This document shows positions 7,636 through 13,575 of a DNA stretch of 13,575 nucleotides, piece by piece. How positions within the stretch are numbered: the first letter of the stretch is position 1; each line of letters opens with the position of its first letter. This DNA comes from Nitrososphaeraceae archaeon (GTDB lineage: Archaea; Thermoproteota; Nitrososphaeria; Nitrososphaerales; Nitrososphaeraceae). The translations under genes and the position numbers were made by a program. The stretch is taken from positions 1-13,575 of the forward strand of contig JBIOZG010000039.1 of NCBI GenBank assembly GCA_044870765.1, in the 5' to 3' direction. The notes under the pieces were generated by a model that saw only the letters and a program-made list of their open reading frames with translations, made no database searches and was not told the DNA's origin.

Positions 7636-7779
7636 TTAAAATTTCGTCAAAACTCAATAAAACGTTCATTTTTAAACGATCGAACGTTACATATATTTAA
7701 ATTTTTTAGAACTTTAGGATAAGAAATTCTAAAACCAATCTCCACCGCTTCCTCGTAAAAGCTTTAAAATTTGAATCTA

Positions 7780-9639
7780 TCATGTAGGAGAAATAAAGTA
7801 AAAGTTTGCAACCGCCCTTATTGACAAGGCTATAAGCCAAATACTTACGGCAATTAAAATTAGAGCTCCGTTGCGTCTTTGAGATAAATAGGTAAGTGCA
7901 ATTGCTGCAGGAATCTGGAATGGAATGTCATAGAAAACTCTTGCTTGAACTATCCAATTGCCCAGAAAAAGAGGAATGATTCCAATAGATAGAAACGTTA
8001 TCATAAAAATGGTCGAAGTCTCCCTCAACTTTGATCTAATTAACCAATAAAGACCGAGGGCATATATTATGGAATTTCCGAACAGGCTTCCAAGGTAACT
8101 TAATGTTGTGTCTATTATAGTAGTCCAACGGGTTGAAAATTGCTCCGGACCTAATTGTACTATTGATCCAGATGGAGGAGAAAGGTCGTAGCCAATGCCA
8201 CTGTAGGCACCTGTTAGTATTGTTCTCAAAACATCTATGAAGACAGATGATGAAAGTGCTATTAAAAGAACAAGTACACTTCTTCTTTCATAGTATTTCA
8301 TTTTCAGCAACAGCAAAAGAAAGATACCTATGACTAGTGATAAAATACTCCATGTATAGATATGCGTGAACAGTGCAGTATTTATAAGAACTACAAATAA
8401 CAAGACATTAAGTCTACTAGTCTCTTTTAAGGATCTCAGAACAAACACAATTGATAAATATCCGACTATTAAGGCAAGCCAATTTGCATAAGAACCAGCA
8501 TATATTCCAACTAGAGTGTGAAATGAGATTGCAGTTAAAAAGGCCGATAAAAGTGAAGCAGTATCATTAGATGTTAGTTGACGTGTTAAAAAATAAATTA
8601 CCAAAACAAGGCAAGGACCCAAAACTATCGGAATATTATCAAATACATATGAAAGATTATCAGAATGTGTGATCTTTGCTACACTAAGAAAAAATAATAA
8701 GGTAAATGGTCGGTCGCCATGCTGTTTAGTCACAAACGCACCGTTGAATAAATCATCGACGCTCGTCGAATTCATTAATATTGCAATTTCTTCCACATAA
8801 TAGTGAGTGTCTACTCCCACATCCTTGTTATCCTTGTTTATGGCGCCCTGGTGTGGGATTATTGCCATAGAAGCAGACAGGATCATAAACAGCGACAAGA
8901 AAAATATTTTTTTACGTATTCTTGTTCGACTCTCTGGAAGCACCATAAAATTAATGAATTTTTTGTTATACTTCCGGATTGACCGTATAGACTCATCAAT
9001 AATAATTTTTACAGGGGCAGAAAAAATTAGCAAAATCAATAGGACTGGAGAAAGACCGGTAGATATCAAAAAAATTTCATAAGCAATACTGCGTAGCTCT
9101 GTTAGCTCTTCAGCAGGAAGATAGAGAGGTTGAAGGGAAATAATCAGGGATAATAAACTGAAACCAATGCCTATTATGGAAAAGTAACTTATCACCAAGT
9201 TTCTATCCGATATTAAAAGTTTACTTGGTAACAACATATTGATAATCAAAAGTATACTTAGGATAGGAAGAGTTAATATGACAATTATATCAAGTGCTGC
9301 CTCTAGATTAAGCAATGCCAATATTAGTGCCATGATACCATAGATGGTAGCAATTGCAAATCGTACCTTATATTTCAAAGATAGGGCAAACCATAAGGCT
9401 GTTGTTAATGTGATTATCAAATGATCAACTGTTTTGTTAATAACGTAGGTTTCAAAAAATGAAGTATAACTCACGCGGTCTTGCATGTCCCATACATCTA
9501 TTTTGGAATATGTTGCCAGCGAATAGATATAAAAAAAAGAAATTACTACGAATGTTGCGGAGGCAGCTATCAGAACAATTGATGTGTCTTTTCCTAATGC
9601 TGTGCCAACAAATAGAGATGCTCTGGACCTGAGAATCAA
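7780..9639 (-). CDS. Polytopic membrane protein, GT-C-like (STT3/PMT-type membrane region), putative lipid-linked-sugar glycosyltransferase
   Basis: Hydrophobic helices run along the entire length. An external loop contains DVGVDTHYY and GDRPF, resembling the acidic first-loop motif of GT-C enzymes. No WWDxG motif is seen. TTG start with an in-frame stop two codons upstream. Confidence 0.6.
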   Translation of the reverse strand: MILRSRASLFVGTALGKDTSIVLIAASATFVVISFFYIYSLATYSKIDVWDMQDRVSYTSFFETYVINKTVDHLIITLTTALWFALSLKYKVRFAIATIYGIMALILALLNLEAALDIIVILTLPILSILLIINMLLPSKLLISDRNLVISYFSIIGIGFSLLSLIISLQPLYLPAEELTELRSIAYEIFLISTGLSPVLLILLIFSAPVKIIIDESIRSIRKYNKKFINFMVLPESRTRIRKKIFFLSLFMILSASMAIIPHQGAINKDNKDVGVDTHYYVEEIAILMNSTSVDDLFNGAFVTKQHGDRPFTLLFFLSVAKITHSDNLSYVFDNIPIVLGPCLVLVIYFLTRQLTSNDTASLLSAFLTAISFHTLVGIYAGSYANWLALIVGYLSIVFVLRSLKETSRLNVLLFVVLINTALFTHIYTWSILSLVIGIFLLLLLKMKYYERRSVLVLLIALSSSVFIDVLRTILTGAYSGIGYDLSPPSGSIVQLGPEQFSTRWTTIIDTTLSYLGSLFGNSIIYALGLYWLIRSKLRETSTIFMITFLSIGIIPLFLGNWIVQARVFYDIPFQIPAAIALTYLSQRRNGALILIAVSIWLIALSIRAVANFYFISPT

Positions 9640-9800
9640 ACTTTACTCATGTAGTTAGAATTAACTACTTTTTAAACTCAACTAGTATCCCTTTTTACTC
9701 GATGCCTTACACCACAAATGATTTAATTTAATGTTCATACTGAAGAGTATTTTTGCTCACCGGCAAGAATATTAACAGATTATAATACTCAAACTTTACT
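9636..9800. repeat. Exact 12-bp direct repeat TCAAACTTTACT bracketing the divergent promoter region
   Basis: Copies at 9636-9647 and 9789-9800. Confidence 0.85.
9780..9787 (+). promoter_or_regulatory. TATA box of the 804-aa membrane protein gene
   Basis: TTATAATA ends 27 nt before the GTG at 9815 and is preceded by purine-rich AACAGA. Confidence 0.55.
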
Positions 9801-9814
9801 GGGAGTTGTACTAG

Positions 9815-12229
9815 GTGTCAATATTAGGACTTTATGAAGTAGCGAATCCGCTTCTGACTATATTACCAATTGTTTTGATGATTTCTTCCGGTTACGCCAT
9901 AGGGATAATTATATCTAAAGTACGTGGTAAAGCAGATCCCGCACATTTTCGGGATTTTATTTACGGAAGTGCAGTTCTTAACTTTCTATTTTTATCGGGA
10001 TTTATAATATTTGGAGTACTCAGCTACGCGGTAAATGAATATTTTACTGCCTTTACTTACGGCCTCGTGGGCCTAACTATCGTAAGTGCCTATTTCTTTG
10101 TAAAAAAACCAATAATGAAGGTTACCAGAGGGAAGTCCATCTTGCGTCCTCTAGGGCATGATAATTTAACTAAAACAGCTAAACTGTCGCTGCTTGTTTC
10201 TGACAATAAGACTATTTTTATTTTAACCGGCATGGCCCTTGCAGCCAGTGTACTTGTGTATCAGGCAATAATTATTTACTACCATCCAATTTATAGTGAA
10301 TATGATTCGATTTACAGATTTCTGCCCATATCAAAATCAATTCTACTTGGCAACGGGTTAAATCATGATTTTTACTTGGGCTCTGACGTCAATATGCTAC
10401 ACCCTCCTTTTACTCAAGCCATAAATGCATGGTTGACTCATTCTTTTGAGTACTCTAGTATTCGTATGTTTCCTTTCTATTATGTCTTATTAGCAGCTGT
10501 CATTGTATATTCCCTTGCTAGGAACATATGGGTCAACAGTACTGATAAGACAAGCTCTTCATTTTTGGCGTTGATTGCAGTTACTGCTTTTTCGATTACT
10601 CCGGCACTTCTGGTTGTTTCATCCAGATTCAGTCTTCAGCAGGACCTTGCATTTGTATTCATATTAACCTTAAGCTTTTATCTCCTTTCGGAAATTGTCC
10701 GATATGCCAAACCATCAAAGACAACATTGTTGATACTGACTGCTAGTCTAGCGTTGATGTCCCTTACACGTGAGATAGGTTTGGTGATTGCGATAGCACT
10801 CTTTTTCTTGGTTCCAGCAATCAAATATACAGAAGGCAATCTAAAGCTAAGAGCACTTTTTACTTTACTATCACTTGTTCTGTTTTACGTGTTATCATTT
10901 AAGGACATAATTGAACTTGGATTTACACCCGTAGCTACAATCAGGATAATCGTATTGGTACTCGTTAATATGGCAATATTTTATCTCGTATATCAACAAA
11001 AAAATCAAAACAGTTTTTCATCCCTAGTAAGGCCACTGTCCAATTTAAAATATATCAGCCCTATTGTTATTCCTGTTATTTTCATTGGTATTAATACAGT
11101 CATGATCATGGGTCCATATCCGGTATTTACATTTTCGTCAGAATTTACTCAGATGCTTCCAGCCTTCAGGCAAATATTTGACATATCAAATCCATTAACA
11201 CTCAATATAAGTCAGGCACTGGAAAATTTACCTAGAATAGACATTTTGTTTATTTCATTGGCGGCAGGTTCTACCTTTATATTTTTTAAATTGTTAGGAA
11301 TCAGCAAAATAATTTATCAGCTGAAAAGTAATAATCAATATTCTCTAGTTCTCATACTGTTAATATTTTTAATATGTACATGGTCATTTTTGCTTCAATC
11401 ACGTTATGAAGGGTCGGATATTAGATATGTGACGTACTTTGTGCCGTTACTATCAATAATAATGGTAATAGGAATCAGCATGAGAAATGTTTCATCCCAG
11501 TCAACCAAGATCTTCTTTTGTGCATTCATAGTATTGGCCACCTACTACTTCCTCCACAATAACCTCTTTATCTGGAATTATAATGAGCACTTTGGAGGTT
11601 TCTGGATTGAACCCAACATTAGATCAATTATGAATTGGGAGGACTTTAGATTTGCAGCAGTAGTATTAAGTGGATTGCTAATAACAGTACTTGTCGAACA
11701 AAAGTTGTATCCACTGTCTAGGAAATATCATTTGTATAGATACTCTATCCTGGTATTAATAGCCCTAATCATCATACAGGTATATAATCTGAGTACTAGT
11801 GGCATATTACTGGCATCACCGCAAATGTTCGATAAAAAACCTCCGAGCCATTGGGAAACCAATGTTATTGAGGTTGTCAATTATCTTAATAATAATTCTG
11901 AGCAAGGTAACGTTCTGTCGGTACGAGCTCCTGCCATTCCTTTTTTTACAAATAGAACCAGCTTTGATATATTTAGTCCACAAACGTTTGCGTATACTTT
12001 ATCTCCACTACTTTCAACCGGAAATTCAAGTGATTTTAAAGAAAAAATTGAGGATCTAGGGATAAGATATATTGTAGTACCCAAAGAGGTAAACCCTTTT
12101 TATTATTCGGTTATAAACTCCAATCTTGAATCAATACTATTACCAATCATAAATGATAATGATGAATTTGACAAGATTGTTTTTAAGGACTTTAACGTAT
12201 ACAAATACAATCCACCGATTCAAAAATAA
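9815..12229 (+). CDS. Polytopic GT-C glycosyltransferase-like protein (ArnT/PMT_2-type) with a soluble C-terminal domain
   Basis: Many TM helices. Loop motifs SEYDSIYRF and HPPF, followed by QQDLAF, LTREIG and DIRYVTYFVP. The C-terminal alpha/beta tail (YLNNNS..GNVLS...PFFTNR...LGIRYIVV...VYKY) is typical of GT-C extramembrane domains. Confidence 0.72.
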   Translation: MSILGLYEVANPLLTILPIVLMISSGYAIGIIISKVRGKADPAHFRDFIYGSAVLNFLFLSGFIIFGVLSYAVNEYFTAFTYGLVGLTIVSAYFFVKKPIMKVTRGKSILRPLGHDNLTKTAKLSLLVSDNKTIFILTGMALAASVLVYQAIIIYYHPIYSEYDSIYRFLPISKSILLGNGLNHDFYLGSDVNMLHPPFTQAINAWLTHSFEYSSIRMFPFYYVLLAAVIVYSLARNIWVNSTDKTSSSFLALIAVTAFSITPALLVVSSRFSLQQDLAFVFILTLSFYLLSEIVRYAKPSKTTLLILTASLALMSLTREIGLVIAIALFFLVPAIKYTEGNLKLRALFTLLSLVLFYVLSFKDIIELGFTPVATIRIIVLVLVNMAIFYLVYQQKNQNSFSSLVRPLSNLKYISPIVIPVIFIGINTVMIMGPYPVFTFSSEFTQMLPAFRQIFDISNPLTLNISQALENLPRIDILFISLAAGSTFIFFKLLGISKIIYQLKSNNQYSLVLILLIFLICTWSFLLQSRYEGSDIRYVTYFVPLLSIIMVIGISMRNVSSQSTKIFFCAFIVLATYYFLHNNLFIWNYNEHFGGFWIEPNIRSIMNWEDFRFAAVVLSGLLITVLVEQKLYPLSRKYHLYRYSILVLIALIIIQVYNLSTSGILLASPQMFDKKPPSHWETNVIEVVNYLNNNSEQGNVLSVRAPAIPFFTNRTSFDIFSPQTFAYTLSPLLSTGNSSDFKEKIEDLGIRYIVVPKEVNPFYYSVINSNLESILLPIINDNDEFDKIVFKDFNVYKYNPPIQK

Positions 12230-12561
12230 CTCTATTTGGCACATAACAGATCATTTTCCACCAGAGGCCTGCATGAAGTCTCTTTTAATTATGAGTACAT
12301 CCTCATCCCCATAATGGATTATTTCTCTAGTTACCAGATTGTTCAAGAAAAAACTGATAATAGACCTTCGAGACTATTGGATCGATCTCGCCGTTTCCCC
12401 GTCATATATTAGAAAAGATAGATTCATAGTCTGATGGGCAAGAAACTTTGAGGCATATTGCTGAAGAAAATACATTTCGCTCATTAGTTTCGGGTGTTCA
12501 AACCCTAAACGAAGAAAAAATAAAAAAAGGACTTACTAACAATGAAACCTGATAGAGAATT

Positions 12562-13575
12562 TTGAATATCTGTGTTGTTAGTTCCTGGGTTCCTAGCACG
12601 CAACATCCTCATTCTGGACGATTTGTATATAATTTCGCTGAAAACCTTGGAAGATTCGGCCATACAGTCTCACTCGTATCTCCCTTTGAGAAAGGAGATG
12701 AATATATAAAATATGAAGATTTAATTACTATTTACAGAGTAAATGCAAGATTCCCGATATTTTCGATTATCAGGCTTCTACGAAAAATCAAGCCCCAAAT
12801 TATTCATGTGCATGCTCCCAATTTCTTTAGTTCTAGTGCCATTCTTGCTGCAAGGCTATTGAATATACCCATCATAGCAACAGTACACAGGGCAGAAGTT
12901 GACACAGTGGCCAAACCCATATTTTTCTTGAGAAAGCTTGCCCTTGCAAGGTTTGCAAGAATAGTTGCCGTCTCAACCCATACAAAATCCCTAGCGCTCA
13001 AGGCAGGGGTAGAGGAATCAAAAATAAGCATAATCTACAATTCATGTGATGAAAGCCTTTTCAGTCCTGTGAAAGGGAAAGAATCCTTAAGAAAGAAACA
13101 TAATTTTGAAGATGATGATAATTTAATTTTGTTTGTTGGTAACCTAATACCGAGAAAGGGTGTGGCCCTGCTTATAGAATCACTCAATTTACTTCAGATG
13201 ACCGTGCCTGATTTTCTAGCAGTGATTGTTGGTCAGGGTGAACAGCTTGAAAATTTAAAGACACTGGTTATCAAATACTCCTTAAATGACCATGTAAAAT
13301 TCCATGGCAGAGTAACGAATGACGAATTATCAGAACTTTATTCTATAGCGGATGTATTTGTTCTTCCCTCAACATCAGAGGGACAGTCTGTTGCCATTTT
13401 AGAAGCAATGGCTTCTGGCCTGCCTGTGGTAGCGTCTGACATAGAAGGAAATAAAGAAAGCATTCAAGTTGGTGTAAATGGACTTCTCTTTGAAAATGGT
13501 AGTGCAGAAAAGTTATCAGAAGCACTTGCTACCTTACTGACAGATCAAAACTTGAAAAAAATGATGTCAACAAAC
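12562..13575 (+). CDS. GT4 (GT-B fold) glycosyltransferase, 3'-truncated; absent from the supplied ORF track
   Basis: Manual translation of frame +1 from the TTG at 12562 (in-frame stops at 12550-12555) gives MNICVVSSWVPSTQHPHSG...IIHVH...TVHRAE...IIYNSCD...ILFVGNLIPRKGV...ADVFVLPSTSEGQSVAILEAMASGLPVVASDIEGNKE. The E-x7-E motif is intact and the frame stays open to the end of the window. Confidence 0.95.
   Translation, partial: MNICVVSSWVPSTQHPHSGRFVYNFAENLGRFGHTVSLVSPFEKGDEYIKYEDLITIYRVNARFPIFSIIRLLRKIKPQIIHVHAPNFFSSSAILAARLLNIPIIATVHRAEVDTVAKPIFFLRKLALARFARIVAVSTHTKSLALKAGVEESKISIIYNSCDESLFSPVKGKESLRKKHNFEDDDNLILFVGNLIPRKGVALLIESLNLLQMTVPDFLAVIVGQGEQLENLKTLVIKYSLNDHVKFHGRVTNDELSELYSIADVFVLPSTSEGQSVAILEAMASGLPVVASDIEGNKESIQVGVNGLLFENGSAEKLSEALATLLTDQNLKKMMSTN

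Noticed and set aside
7528-7722. 64-aa + strand ORF overlapping the peptide gene
   Set aside because: It runs antisense through the peptide gene's start and promoter, with no recognisable motif or supporting signals.
9636-9650. Minus-strand mini-ORF ATG AGT AAA GTT TGA (MSKV) overlapping the TTG start, as a uORF or frameshifted true start
   Set aside because: Four codons is easily chance and there is no slippery run. It cannot be supported without ortholog alignment.
7780-12229. Either membrane protein as oligosaccharyltransferase AglB
   Set aside because: No WWDxG motif is present in either translation.
12487-12510. GTTTCGGGTGTTCAAACCCTAAAC resembling a tRNA T-arm or att-site remnant
   Set aside because: It is only an imperfect hairpin. 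The 5-bp stem with 7-nt TTCRANN loop geometry does not fit, and there is no cloverleaf or integrase nearby.
2659-12564. Frequent TTG/GTG starts (2659, 9639, 9815, 12562)
   Set aside because: Non-ATG starts are common in archaea of this type, so this is not evidence of a special mechanism.
5114-13525. Nested ORFs 5114-5500, 6473-6676, 8807-9082, 11799-12059, 11881-12084, 12804-13031 and 13343-13525
   Set aside because: All lie wholly within stronger CDSs; the last two are antisense to the GT4 gene.

Overview
AT-rich archaeal-type chromosomal region. Protein character, TATA-box promoters about 26 nt before start codons and frequent TTG/GTG starts suggest Nitrososphaeria (Thaumarchaeota), which is an inference. 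The window opens inside the 3' ~70% of an smc gene (hinge, coiled coil, C-terminal ABC head). Next comes a basic 2H-phosphoesterase-fold protein whose second HxT motif reads W-C-T. The rest is a surface-glycosylation cluster: a motif-eroded DPM-synthase-like GT2 fused to GtrA, a stand-alone SIS sugar isomerase, UDP-GlcNAc 2-epimerase (wecB), two divergent polytopic GT-C-like membrane proteins and a 3'-truncated GT4 missing from the ORF track. Within the cluster sits a 73-aa gene with its own promoter and terminator, predicted to release a 35-residue Gly/His/Cys-rich secreted peptide; this is the most unusual element. No rRNA, tRNA, CRISPR array or mobile element was found. All calls come from reading motifs by eye; no searches were run.
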